DNA of 64,000 nucleotides from Lama guanicoe (Eukaryota), in assembly GCA_013239625.1 (NCBI GenBank), contig MU053629.1:1205567-1269566 (forward strand). Reading direction: 5' to 3'. This document shows positions 37,739-50,600 of the stretch, piece after piece. Every line of letters starts with the position of its first letter. Positions within the stretch are counted from its first letter, which is position 1. The position numbers and the translations under genes were made by a program. A model generated the notes under the pieces. The model saw only the letters and a program-made list of their open reading frames with translations. It was not told the DNA's origin and made no database searches.

Positions 37739-38021
37739 TGATAAATATAGTTAACACTGCTGTATGTTATATATGAAAGTTGTTAAGATAGTAAATCCTG
37801 AGTTCTCATCACAAGGAAAAAGTTTTTTTTTCTATTTCTTTAGTGTTTTATTTATATGAGATGACGGATGTTCACTAAACTTATTGTGATCATCAGCTCG
37901 TGATGTGTGTTAGTCAAATCACTACACTGTTGCACCTTAAACTTACACAGTGCTGTATGACAATTATATCTCAATAAAACTGGAAGAAAAAATGAATTAA
38001 AATAAAACAGTAACACTAAAA
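37739..38021 (+). mobile_element. L1 3' UTR end
   Basis: Ends caattatatctcaataaaactggaag plus A-tail; TSD aaaaatgtgttgga (37725-37738, 38022-38035). Confidence 0.88.
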
Positions 38022-40154
38022 AAAAATGTGTTGGAAGTGTATTGAAATTGCCTTGAATTTTTAAATTAACTTTGGGAGAATTGGTATCTTTACAAGAAAG
38101 GAGTCTTGTCCACCAACCTGGCAAACCTCTTTGCTTATTCAAGTTTTTTGTCCTTTAATAGTTCTACATTTCTCTCCCAAAATTTATTTTGAACTTTCTA
38201 CTAAGTTAATTTTTAGGTACTTTATAGTTTCATTGCCTTTGTGAAAGGTATCTTATTTTCTATTATGTTTTCTGGTTGAATATTGCTGATGCAGAAAATG
38301 CCACTGAATTTTGTAAGCAAGTCCTGTTCCTGACATCCTTGCAGACCATATGCAGTAGTTCTAAACGTTTTTCTATTATTTCTTTGAGATTTTCTATGTA
38401 GATAATCAGAGCACCTGTAAATAATGACAGCTTGGTCACTTTTCAAGTCCTTCTACCTGTTGCTTCTTTTCACGTCTTATCACATTGGCCAGGAGCAAGT
38501 GCTCTGTTGAGTAGTAGCAGTTACTGTTCTTAGAAGGAATATCAGCCTTTCTGCACCTGTTATCTTCTTCCTGTCCCCGTGGGTTAAGCCCTCCCTAATA
38601 TAGCAGGCTCACAAGCTCCATCTTCTGCTGCAGCCAGGACTGGTGATTCTGTTTTGTCTTATAGTGGAGCTGGGGCAGGCAATGATCTGCCCATGAAAAT
38701 ATGAGGGAGAAAAAGAGCCCCACATAAAAGCTTCCCCATCTGTGGCATCTTTGCTCTTCCTCTGCAAACCGCAGTCACAGACATACATACCCTGGAACCC
38801 AACTATTTGCTGTTCTTCGAGAGGCTTCTCACAGTTTTTACATTAACCACTCAGATCCACCAACTGCCCCATTTCTGAGGCACTCTCAAATTTGGGTTGA
38901 GGGGGAGAGCAGCCTAAAATGGGCTGCCAGTTTGTCAGGATCCAGAAACCAGGCTGATATTTCTAAAATAAGTACGATCATGAGAACATTCTGATCATGG
39001 GCCATTTGAAGGCCCTCATTGTAAGCTCTTTAATAAGTGCATTCAAAGGTCTTTGGCAAGCTGGCCTTACTTCCTTTTCCACTTACCATAACATATCCCA
39101 CATTCAAACCATTTCCTGAACGTGTGCTTTAAACCTAATCTATTTCCCATACAATTACCGTAAGTAGAGTCCCTTACCCTTTCTCCACGTTGAGAAATCC
39201 TACGCATTCATCAAGGCTCAGCATAACTCATTAAGAAGACTTCTCAAATTCATCCCATGGGGGGATGTCACGTCTTCCCCAGTGCTCCCCACAGCACTTC
39301 TCTGTCAGATTTGCCTTATAGTTTATTATTAGTTCTCTGAATATCCCACTAGATAGTGACCTCCAGGAGGTGTTTTATTCATTTCTGCCTTTGCAGCAGT
39401 TTTTCACAGATAGTAGATGCTCAGTAAATTTTAATTCATCAAACAAAATCATAGAGGTCACAAATTATAGGAAAAGGTAGTCGTTAGTAAGGATGAAGTA
39501 AAGCTCTTGCATAACCTTGCTCTTACCTGTAGGACTGAACGTGAATTTTTGCAGAAGTGTCATTGTCTTAAGCAATACTCAGCAACATGTGAATAGGAAT
39601 GAGAACAGATGGTGTAAACTCCTAGTCATTCTCTTTGTTATCTGATAAATCTTCTGAGTGCTGCAGAAACAAGTGTTCAATCTGTGCAGTGTTGAGCAAC
39701 TATTTAAAACAAAATGTACCTGCAGAGTCTAACGTCTAGGGGCAACTGTGGAAGTCAGCACGTGGAGAGACGTTCCTGAGTCTCTGCTCCTGAATAATGC
39801 TCTTACAGCCCTTGAACTGTATCTATTTACAGGTGAATATTATGAGACAAATGGACATTTATTTTATTTATTATTTATTATAAATAAATGGACATTTATT
39901 TATATTACCTTCGGTAGGAATTTCCACTAAGCGGGTTATCCTAGTCATGTTATGGAGGAGACATGAAAAACGTAAATGAAGAAACAAGTGAAATTAATAA
40001 TGTTTATATAGTTCCTTTTCTTTGAATGATATACAGCAGTGTTTTCTGTGTGTTTATTCTTTTTGCATCCCTGGACAATGGATCAAGAAGGTATTATCAT
40101 CATTTTGGTGCAAATGGAGATAAAGAGAAATTAAATTAATTTTCTTCAGTAGAC

Positions 40155-40648
40155 CGTTGCAGGCAATGGCCTTCAATTTGTTCATACCTTCCTGGGCCCA
40201 TCTCCTTGAGTCATACGTTTCCCGCTGACTCAGGCTTGGCTATGTAACTTGCTCTGGCCAATGAGACAAGAGTAAATATGACACACGCAGAAAATGTTAA
40301 ATGCTTGCATATTGGAGCTTGCCCTTTCTTACAGCTCCTCAGTGCCCTGAGGCCACCGTGGTGAGACCACCATGCGCATTAGCCTGCTGGAAGATGAGCG
40401 ATCTCATGGAGCAGAGATGCGTCATCCTAGCTGTGTCCCCTTTGACCAACCAGCCTGTCAATCTCCAAGTATGTGAGAGAGGCCAGCCACCTCCAGATGA
40501 GTCATTACAGACCTCAGAGGCCCACCACACCGACCTAGACCAGAAAAACTCTCCAAAGGACTTACAGAATCTTGAGAAATAATGAGCGTTTGCTGTTTTA
40601 AGCCACGAGGGTTCCAGGAGGCTTGTGACACAGCAAAACCTAACTGGT
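40155..40648 (+). mobile_element. MLT1 (MaLR) LTR
   Basis: gctctggccaatgag...tgctgttttaagccac...cagcaaaacctaactg, the typical MLT1 3' end. Confidence 0.75.
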
Positions 40649-43600
40649 CCATTTCCCAAGAAAGTGTACCATGGCTAGATCTCGAGGGCCTGGTCCCTAG
40701 GTTCCTGTTCAGTTGCTGCTACTCCTGTTCTGTTCAAGGTCAGGTTGAGAGATGCAAAACTTGAGGATGTTATTTCATGTCTTAGAAGTGAACAAGCCTC
40801 TTCTTGAATTCCTTGAGGGCAAAGATCATGACTTGACTTTTCTGGTACGTTGCTTTAGTCATGAAATATGCTCAGTGAGGGGTAAGACTTTTCTTTAAAA
40901 AAAAGTGAAAATTTAGTTCTCATGTGGCTGGAAGTTGTAAAGCTACATGTGGTGTATTTAACTGTCAAAATATGTATAAGGCACAGATATTTCTAGTTAC
41001 AAAGAAGATTTTAGACTAACAGTCTTCCCTACAAGAGAAAACAGGAAGGGGAACAGAGGGACCATCGTTTTGTCCCCAAGCCCAGACCAGAGTTTTGCAG
41101 ATTTTCTGGGCTGAACAGCTTCAGGAAACACCTTCACATTGACATCTGTGTGAACAGTGGCCCCCAGGATTTGTGCAGTGCACAACTGATGTAGCTGTAC
41201 ATGAGAGCCCTGCTTGGCACATAGTAAATCTTTAATGAATGAACAAACAAGCAACTGAGTGTGTGTACAGGATCATGTTTCTAGTATTTAACAGTTTCAA
41301 CTGGAAAGAAAAATAAACCAAATTCGAATGAGTATTCCTGTTCAGTGGGCTCCCAGAGCACAAACCCCTTTGCTTTTGGTGTGGAGAAAGCAGCCAAATA
41401 AATTGTGTAGATCAGATACAGACTCAAAGAAGAGACTTTGACCAAATTTTGCAGGTCAAAAAATGAAAACTCATTTTGGTTAATGGTGACACCTAGCGGT
41501 GTATCACAACTGTGGGTTTTCCGTGGAGCAAAGTATTTGACCTTACATGTTAGGGTGAAGGAGTCCTTGCACTCAATCCTGGACCCCGCTCCCCTCACAG
41601 ATTGGGTAGTTAAGGCCCCAGGCCTCCCAAGGTCAGCGCGGGTGGGATGTTGCTCCAGAATTTAACCCTCCAGAGGCCATTCCAGCGCTGCTGTCACGGA
41701 GACCTCAGAATAAATGCCAGAGGCTGGGGATGGCAGGCTCCCTTCTAGTAGAACAGGGTTACTATTGTCACTTAGGACCGTTGTTCTCAGCTGTCTGCCT
41801 TTTCACTGCATCTCACTCTTTTCCCATCTCCTTCCCTGGCTCCATCTGCTTGCCCTTTTCTTCTCCTCCCTTCTCCTGCTCCTCTGGCAAGACCCAGCGG
41901 TTTCTCTTTCTCCTCCCTCTTCCTTTCCCCTCCCTTCTTTCTTTCCACGCCTGCTTTTACTTCCCCCACATTTATTCTCTCCCCCTTTTTCATTCTACTC
42001 TCTCTGCGCATTGATGCCTCCCAAAGATGCTGCAGACCTCAGAGGTGCCCTGTCTGGTATGGTGACCACTAACCCATGTGGCTACTTAAGTTCAAATGAA
42101 TTAAAGCTAAAGAATTAAAAATCCAACCCCTCCGTTACACTAGTCACATTTCAGGTGCTCAGCGGCTGCTGTACTGGACGTTGCAGAACGAATCACTTCC
42201 ACTGTTGCAGAATGTCTTAGAGAAAGGTGCTGGCCCCGAGCTTGGCTGATCTGCCTCTCCAGTCTCTCGTCCCTTTTCCCTCTCAGCACCTCTTTTCTAG
42301 GAGGAGGCAGTTCTCCAACAGTCTGCAATCTGCTCTCTTCCCCTCCCTCCCTGCTCACTCCACTTTATTTGGTGACTTTCTGTTCTCTGTGTATTATTAT
42401 ATAAACTTGTTAGGGTGACCTTGCCAAGCGAACACAAAAATATATAATCATATTGGACAGTTTATTCGGGGCAGTGAATGATTCATAGCATTTTGTTTTC
42501 CATGCATTGGGACACATCAAAATATTTTTAAACTCAACACATCAACACATCATTTAAAACAATTATACCTCAGACCTTTTCTTCTTTTTTAATCCACAAG
42601 CTTCTACCTTTCTACCTTGTCTTGAGTTAAAGTAGCTTGAAAAGTAAACAGTCCAGTTTTTTTAATGCCCCCCAAAATACGTCTTCTGCTTAGAATAGCT
42701 TTGGAATCGTACACAGAAAACTGTTTATGGATTGGCGTTTGGCTGGGCTGGAATGAACATTTACTTTTTGTTGAATATCCTTTTATAGTATTTGAATTTT
42801 TACCAAATTTTGTGTGTGCGCGTGTGTGTGTGTGTTCATAACTTATTAAATTGAATTCTGAATTACTTTTGAAATTCAAAATATCTGAAAATGTCAACAC
42901 TTGAGGAGACCAAACAAAAGACAGTTCAGGAAAATGAGCTCTCAGGAAAGGTAATTTCTGAACAAGCCTGCAAGGTTTGGGTGGTGATGTGTCTCTTTAA
43001 GAGATTTATGTCCAGTGATAATTTGCCAAGAATCAGGATGCCCTGACAAGTGTCCCTTCCTGATTGTTGATAGAGGTTTATATTAGAAAAAGAGCCTTCA
43101 TTTCCCTTCCCTCCCATCGCTGAGATCCTGTGCCCTTGGTGCCCACCTCCAAAGGGATGGAAAATGTTAACAGCCATCAAGCCTCCTTTCCGGGGTCCAT
43201 TCACCCGCCTCTCTTTCAGAAAGATCTTGATGAACAAAATACAAGTTACCATTTCTCTGCCTTTTCCTTGGCTCTCCCAGGCTAATCACGGCCACATGGC
43301 CTCCTTAGTACCACTGGGTCTTCAGGGAAGAAAAGGGCTTGGGGCCCGAGATCTCACCTGATTTCAAAGCCAATTTTAACCCAAAGGTACTTCAAAACTT
43401 GGAGTTCTGTAGCATTTACAGTAAACGCCTGGCTTTCTTTAAAAAGGGATTTGGGGACCAGGATAGAACTGTCATACCTACAAGATAAGTGACAGCCATG
43501 CTGCCAATGTGAGAAAAAGGGAAACTGAGGCAGGGCACGGTAAATTTGGTGCAAACTGGCATTCCCAGTCAGTGCCCTTGACTCCTTGTAAGACCACAGG

Positions 43601-44284
43601 GCGTCCAAACCATATAATCATATGTCCAGACGGAACTGTAGCATCTCTGTGTGCATTCATATAAATAAAGCGCCACCCAGACTATGCCACCCAGGGGAGT
43701 TGGTTTGTGGTTCTGTCTGACTCTGGACTTCTCTGGTGCCAGCCTGGCCTCAGGCAGAATCATGGTTCCCCTAAAAGAACAAAGGTTTACGTTCAGGCTC
43801 TGTGGGACCTGCAGGAGTCAGTTTCTAGCGAAAGGCTCTGGTGCTCTATGTTGGGAAGACAGACGGCGGCACAGCCCTTCAGCAGAGAACCAGCCACTGT
43901 CCTTATTCCAAGGAAGACTGGCCGTGGGAGATGGAAAGCTCAGGATCATCAGTGCTGCCGGGGCCCTTAAAACACTTCCGTCCCAACGTCGCATTTTGTA
44001 GAGAGGGGAAACTGAGGCCCCAGAACGTTGGGAGGTCAAGTGACTTTCCTAAGATTATGTAAGGGGCTCATAGGGCTGGAGTCTGCCTCCAGGCTCCCAG
44101 CCCAGTTTCTGCTGCCCCCCTGCACTGCATCCCAGTGGCCCTGAAGAGCCCCGTGCAAGGACTCTTCCTTTAGTCTCACGGAAAGACACAGACACCTTCA
44201 CAAGGGACATTCACTCGTATGAAGGGTGGCACACCAAGGGTTGCTCAGTGTGTGTTTTCCCATCCGATTTTGAAGGTACATCTG

Positions 44285-44530
44285 GGCTGTCTAATACAGT
44301 AGCTGCTAGCCACGTGTGACTACTGAGCTCTTGAAATGTGGCTGGTGCAAATGAGCATGTGCTGTAACTGTGAAATACATGTTGGATTTTGAATACTTGG
44401 TATGAAAAAAGGTGAACTGTTTCACTGATATTTTTTACACTGATTACATATTGAAATGATAATATTTTAGATATATCAGGTTAAATATGTTATTAAAATT
44501 ATCTGCTTCTTTTTACTTTTTAAAAAAGTG
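44285..44530. mobile_element. MER33/MER3-type hAT MITE
   Basis: ctgtctaatacagtagctgctagccacgtgtgactactgagc...ttgaaatgataatattttagatatat. Confidence 0.75.
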
Positions 44531-44563
44531 CACACGTGTGTGTGTGTGTGTGTGTGTATATAC

Positions 44564-44648
44564 ATTTTTTTAATGAAGGTACTGAGGATTGAACCCAGGA
44601 CCTCGTGCATTCTAAGCATTGCTTTACCACTGAGCTATACCCACCCAC
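44564..44648 (-). mobile_element. tRNA-derived SINE (Vic-1 type)
   Basis: ggtactgaggattgaacccaggacctcgtgcattctaagc...ccactgagctataccc. Confidence 0.85.
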
Positions 44649-44649
44649 C

Positions 44650-46240
44650 TAGATTTCATTTTTGATGGCTGAGTAATGTTCCATTGCATATATATACCAC
44701 ATCTTCTTTATCCCTTCATCTGTTGGTGGACACTTAAGTTGCTTTCATATCTTGGCTATCTGGTCATTTTTATTTACATTTCTCTGATAATTTGTGATGT
44801 TCAGCATCTTGTCACGTACCTGTTGGCCGTCTGCAGATCTTCTTTGGAAAAATGTCTATTCAGGTCCTCTGCCCATTTTTTAATTGGATTTTTTTTTTGA
44901 TGTTGAGTTTTATAAGTTCTTGGTATATTTTGGATATTAACCCCTTATCAGATATAGCATTTGTAAGTATCTTTCCCCCATTCAGCAGGCTGCTTTTTCA
45001 TTTTGTTGCTGGTTTTTTCACTGTGCACAAACTTTTTAGTTTGATGTAGTCCCATTTGTTTAACTTTGTTTTTGTTTCCCTTGCCTGAGAAAACATATCC
45101 AAAAACTATTACTAAGACTAATATAGAGCTTACTGCCTATGTTTTCTTCTGAGTGTTTTATGCTTTCAGGTCTTGCATGTAAGTCTGTAATCCATGTTGA
45201 GTTTATTTTTGTGTGTGATGTGAGAGAGCAGCCCAGTTTGATTGTTTTGCATGGAGCTGTCCAGTTTTCCCAACATCATTTATTGAAGAGGCTGTTTTTT
45301 CCCTATTGTAGATTCTTGCCTCCTTTGTCATAGATTAATTGCCCATATAAATGTGAGTTCATTTCTTGGCTCTCTATTCTGTTCCATTGATCTGTGTATC
45401 TGTTTTCTGTGTTGGTACCATACTGTTTTGATGACTATAGCTTTGTGGTGCACTTTGCTATCAGGAAGTGTGACACTTCCAGCTTTCTTCTTTCTCAAAA
45501 TTGCCTTGACTATTCAGGGTCTTTTCTGTCTCCATACAAATTTTAGAATTTTTTGTTCTAGTTCTGTGGAAAATGAGATTGATACTTTCATAGAGGTTGC
45601 ATTAAATTTGTAGACTGCCTTGGGTAGTATGGTTATTTGAACCACTGACTCCTCCAATCCATGAGTATATCTTTCCATTTGTTTGTGTCATCTTCAATTT
45701 CTTTTATTAATGTCTTATAGTTTTCTGAGTACAGGTTTTTTACCTCCTTGGTTAGATTTAATCCTAGGTATTTTATTCTTTTTGATGCAGATGTAAATAG
45801 GATTGTTTTCATAATTTCTCTTTTTGATAGTTTGTTATTAGTGCATAGAAATGCAACCGATTTCTGTATATTAATTTTGTGTCATGTAATTGTACTGAAT
45901 TCATTTATTTGTTCTAATAGCTTTTTGGTGGCATCTTTAGGATTCTCTATGCATGGTGACATGGCATCTGCAAACAGTGACAGTTTTACTTCTTTCTAAT
46001 TGGATTCCTTTTATTTCTTTTTCTTCTCTCCTGTGGGTACGACTTTCCAATACTGTGTTGAATGAAAGTGGTGAGAGTGGGCATCCTTGTCTTATTCCTG
46101 ATCTTTAAGGAAAAGCGTTAGCTTTTCACCATTAAGTATGTTTGCCGGCTGTGGGTTTGTCATATGTGACCTTTATTATGTTGAGTTATGTTCCCTCTCA
46201 TTTGGTTGTGAGTTTTTTTTTATCATAAATGGATGTTAGT
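44650..46240 (-). mobile_element. L1 ORF2 fragment (~1.6 kb, degenerate)
   Basis: T-rich antisense L1 text (tttagtttgatgtagtcccatttg; gtggtgagagtgggcatccttgtc; agcttttcaccattaagtatg). Confidence 0.9.
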
Positions 46241-46354
46241 TAAAAAGCCCTTTTCTAATATGCACTCTGCATGTGGAGGACATCCAAAGGGGACAGTTGG
46301 CTTTAAGGTCTAAGCAAGTACTTCTTTAAAAATACACATTTATGGATTTACACG

Positions 46355-46378
46355 CACACACACACACACTCTCTCTCT

Positions 46379-46412
<34 letters not shown>
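46355..46412. repeat. Compound (CA)n(CT)n microsatellite
   Basis: Direct reading of the sequence. Confidence 0.9.
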
Positions 46413-46416
<4 letters not shown>

Positions 46417-46444
46417 GACTTGGGGATGCCACGTCCTTTCACTT

Positions 46445-46905
46445 ATCTGATGCTATTTAACAAATCACCCCCGAAACCTAGTGGCTTAAAACAAAATGAT
46501 TTATTATTTTTCACAATATTGTGGACTAGCTGGGCCGTGGTTCTGCTGGTCTCACCTGGGCTCATGCATGCAGCTGCGTTCAGCCGGAGCTCAGCTGAGC
46601 TGAAAGGTGCAAAATAGCCTCAGTCGTGTCTGGCAGTTGGTGTCTGGTTCTCCTCCAGGTGCCTCTCCCCCTCCAGCAGGGTAGACTGGCTCCTTTGATG
46701 GACGGTCTCAGGGTAGCATTCCCAGTGGCAAAGGCAGAAGCCACGAGTCCTCTTGAGGTCTGTGCGCCTGAGTTCTCAGGGTGCCACTTCAGAAACCTGT
46801 TGTCGGTCAAAGCGAGTCACAAGCCAGACCAGATTCAAAGGGTAAGAAAAGAGACTCCACTTCTTGGTGGGAGGAACTGCAAAGAATCTGTGGCCGTATT
46901 TCATT
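46445..46905 (-). mobile_element. MLT1 (MaLR) LTR
   Basis: taacaaatcaccc...cctagtggcttaaaacaa...aagccagaccagattcaaggg...gactccacttcttggtgggagg. Confidence 0.75.
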
Positions 46906-47511
46906 CACGACACACATATATTAAAATATTCATTTAATATAGAAATACACATAATACACAGCAAACCTGGAAAACATAATCTCAGTTTCCATGATTTCCC
47001 TTATCTGGGTAAAAGAAAAAGCATCTATCACTAGACTATCCTTCCAAATGCAGAATTTTAGCTCTTTTCAAACCTAGATAATGCTCTTTTTTTTTGATGC
47101 AAGAACCAAAGGGGAAAACAAAAAGACTGTGTTTTAGAGGTAATGGTGAAGCAGTCCTAGAAATTGAGTCCTGCAGGGAACATCTGTTACCGCTTAATGT
47201 TTAACCGTACAAGCCCCAGATGATGAGAACGGGTGGGATCTTGCAGTTGGGACTAAGTACCATCTATCTCTAAATTAATTTTTAGTTGATGCGGAATTTT
47301 GTGCTTGAGGAAGACAATTTAAAGGGCACAAAATAAAGCCGAGAGGGATCTAAGTGAGCAAAATGGGAGGCAGCTCTAACAGGAAAGCAGGCAGAGGATT
47401 TCGCCTCCACCTGAGTGTAGCTGAGTATTAACGCGGTGACATTGTTACTCTCGTTAAGGGAGACTGAAAAAAAAGACATCAGTTTCGCACTGCAAACAAA
47501 ATACACGGAAG

Positions 47512-47633
47512 CGGGGAGGTGTAGCTCAGTGGTAGAGCGCGTGCTTGGCATGCATGAGGTCCCGGGTTCCCTCCCCAATACCTCCGTTAAATAAATAAAT
47601 GAGTGAATGAACCTCCCTGCCCACTCCCCAGAA
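47512..47633 (+). mobile_element. tRNA-derived SINE (Vic-1 type)
   Basis: ggggaggtgtagctcagtggtagagcgcgtgcttggcatgcatgaggtcccgggttcc...taaataaataaat. Confidence 0.85.
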
Positions 47634-50600
47634 AAGCCTCAGCAGACTTGCAAGTGGTGCTTGGGTTGCTGCTTCTGTGTTTCACTCCAGACGTAAAATG
47701 CCAACTTTTCCAATGGGAATTTTCCTTCCCAGGAAGCCTTTGCAAATAACATCGATATCGCAGCGCTTTTTGCCAGGAGACAAAGGGAGGGGGGAATGAT
47801 CAGTTGAGTTTTATTTTTAAACATAATAGAATATAATCCTTAGGGTGGTTGAATTCACTTGATAAATATTTATTGAACATTTACTATGTGCCAGGCAAAT
47901 ACAAGTGCTCAGGTGAGACAAAGAAAAGTAAAACATAGTCCTTGCCCCTGAGAAGTTTACGGTCCACAGGGGGCTAAAATTAGTACATTTTAATAGTCAC
48001 CTCAGGGCACAATGTAATAAGGACCACAAACCAGGTAGGGACAAAGTGAATCAGGAGTTTGAAAGGAAGGGTAGCAATTTCTGTAGATTTTTTTTTACTA
48101 CATCAACAACGTTCTAATAAGAATAATACCCTAATAAGCAGTGATTTTTCTTCCTCTGTGTTGCCTTAGCACATCCTTATTCATACATTTATGTGGTTTT
48201 TACAGCATTTTCAGAGAACAGGTTTGTGCTCTCCTAAGCATGATGATGTGGTAAGCGTTTCCTCTTGCTGTTAGTTTTTGTCATAATTTCCATCTGGCGG
48301 TGAATATAATTTCCTTTACAGTCCCCTGGTGAGGGAGAGTTGGGCTATTTCTCCAGTTCCTTCACAGTTAAAAATTATGATGCAAGGGAAGTCTTTATTA
48401 TGCAAGTAGCTTTTTTCTTCTTTCGTATCATTTTCTTTAGCTTAGCTGTGCAAAGTCAGCTTCGTGGGGTTCAACAGGCATGGACATTTCTGTCTCTCTT
48501 GAAAGATGTTGCTCCATCGTTTCCCCCAAAAGGTTGGGCCCGTTTACAACGTCACCAGCAGTAGATGTCCCTGCTTCACCAAAGCTGTGTCAGCATGGGG
48601 TGGCTTTGTTGTGTTTTTAATCTGCTGCTGTCACAGCTACGCTGGGATGCCTTGTCACAAATCCTAGTTCCTATTTCTCCTATAGTTATGTTTCCCTCTC
48701 CTTCCTGGCTGTAATGTTCCAATGTTACAATATCGTGTCAATTTCTGACATACAGCCCTGGCTGTAACTCTTACATGACTTGCTTGCTTGGGTGAGATGA
48801 GCAGAGAGCCTGTGGCTGCACCCTATGAGGAGGGAAAGGGGCTTAGTCGGGCAGAGAGGTAGGCGGGAGCCGCGCTGGACATTTTTGGCTGGTGGAGGCA
48901 AGGCCAGTGTGGGCAGAAGTTTGTTTTGAATCCTGTAGGGTTTTGCGGTGAACTGGTATGTATGCCTCATAGGAGTGGACAGTCGGGACAGCCCGTCTCT
49001 CTCCTTTAACTGATGAATCCACGGGCCCAGCCACCAGAACAGCCAGCTCCACGTGCCCCTGTCACCTCTAGCCAGCTCCTGCCCCCTCAATTCTTTTCCA
49101 CCTGGAGTCTGCTGATTCGCATGGCTCCTGCCCGTCCCCCCGCCTTCAGTTTCACAGCCCTGGAACCGAGGCCCTTCCCCTTCTCATGTGCCGTCCACTC
49201 TGAGCACATGGTGTGTCTCAATCGACTTATGATTTGCACACCATCCTCCTGAAGGACCCAGCGTCAGTCCCAGACATCGGACCCCCAGTCCTGGACTCCC
49301 CCGGCCCCACCTTGGCCCCCTTGGGGATGCGTTCTCTCTGTCTGTCAAGGGGGTTCAAAACCACAGGACTGGAAGGGAGGCATGCGCAGTGTCTTTCCTC
49401 CTCTACCAGCAAAGAGCGGGGCAGCCTAAAATAGAACTAAAGAGAGAAGGCTGCTGTCCTTTGAGAAGACACCTAGACCTTGGTTCCTGAGAGCTGCTAC
49501 GCCCCAGGGGTGGTTTCTGGCCCACAGAGCTGATACACAGGCCTTTCAGAGAATCATGTTTTTCCTGGCACATCCCGGCCGGAGTCCCATGTGCTGCTGA
49601 ACGAAGCAGAAGCTGACAAACAGCACCTGGCACTGTCTCAGGCTCAGTCCTGGCAGCCGCAGAGAAGCCTCTGGAAGGTGTGGACCCGGAGACCCAGACT
49701 GTGGGAGTGAGGCATGCCAGGCTGGACTCTGCCTCCAGGGGCCAGGAGGTTGCCACACTGTGAGTTTTGTGGAATCTTATGTGACAGTGCTTGCAAGTGT
49801 GACAATTCTAGAGGTGAACTAAATCTCCCTAGACAATGCCCTGGGAGCGCCCTCCGCCCAGGGCTTGCTCTTTGGACTTGGAAAGAAAGCCCTTTGTTCC
49901 ACGACTTCCAGCTGCACGCCTTTGGGAAATTTCTTCATCTCACTAAGCTTCAACTTCCTTACCTGTGAAGTGGAAATAATAAAACTAATGCAAGATGCTG
50001 TGTGGATTAAATGAGATACTATACACACTAAGTGCCTGGAGACCCTCCATAAATGGTAGTTGTGATCATTTGGGTGACTTTGGCCGGCTGCTTGCACCTC
50101 TTCTGAGCATGTCAGCCTGAATACCCACGAGGTGGATGGACATCTGGCCGCAATCCCTGAGAGGTGCCATGTGTCCAGGACCATTCCCTCCACCCAGATC
50201 TGCAGACCAGACCTCCCTTCCAGACGTCTGCAGCGCTGAACGTGGGTCTCCCGGTGCCCACCTGTGTTAGGAGTAGCTGTTCCTCAGGGGCAGGCAGAGG
50301 AGAGACAAAACCCTGTACCCAAGGACACAAGCATGACAGTGTCCCCCTTAGCTGGGCTTTGATGGGAGGGGCTGTACCTGGGGTCCAGGGGTGACGGTTT
50401 CCCTGAAGGCCTTGCGGCTCCTACCCTGGGTAGGGGCCTTGCAGGGGGTGGCACAGCTGAATCCCAGCAGCCTCTGATGGGCACTGAGCATGCCCAACCC
50501 CCAAATGCTCCAAGTGGGAGATTGGGGGACGCTGAAGGTTCCATCCCTGGGTGCTCCGTGTGGCAAGCACTGCTCTGTCTCCAAACAGGGATGTTGGGAA

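Noticed and set aside
47512..47585. tRNA-Ala-like cloverleaf sequences (7 copies in the window)
   Set aside because: Stems are degenerate, with shared non-tRNA tails, A-rich ends and TSDs. These are SINEs, not tRNA genes.
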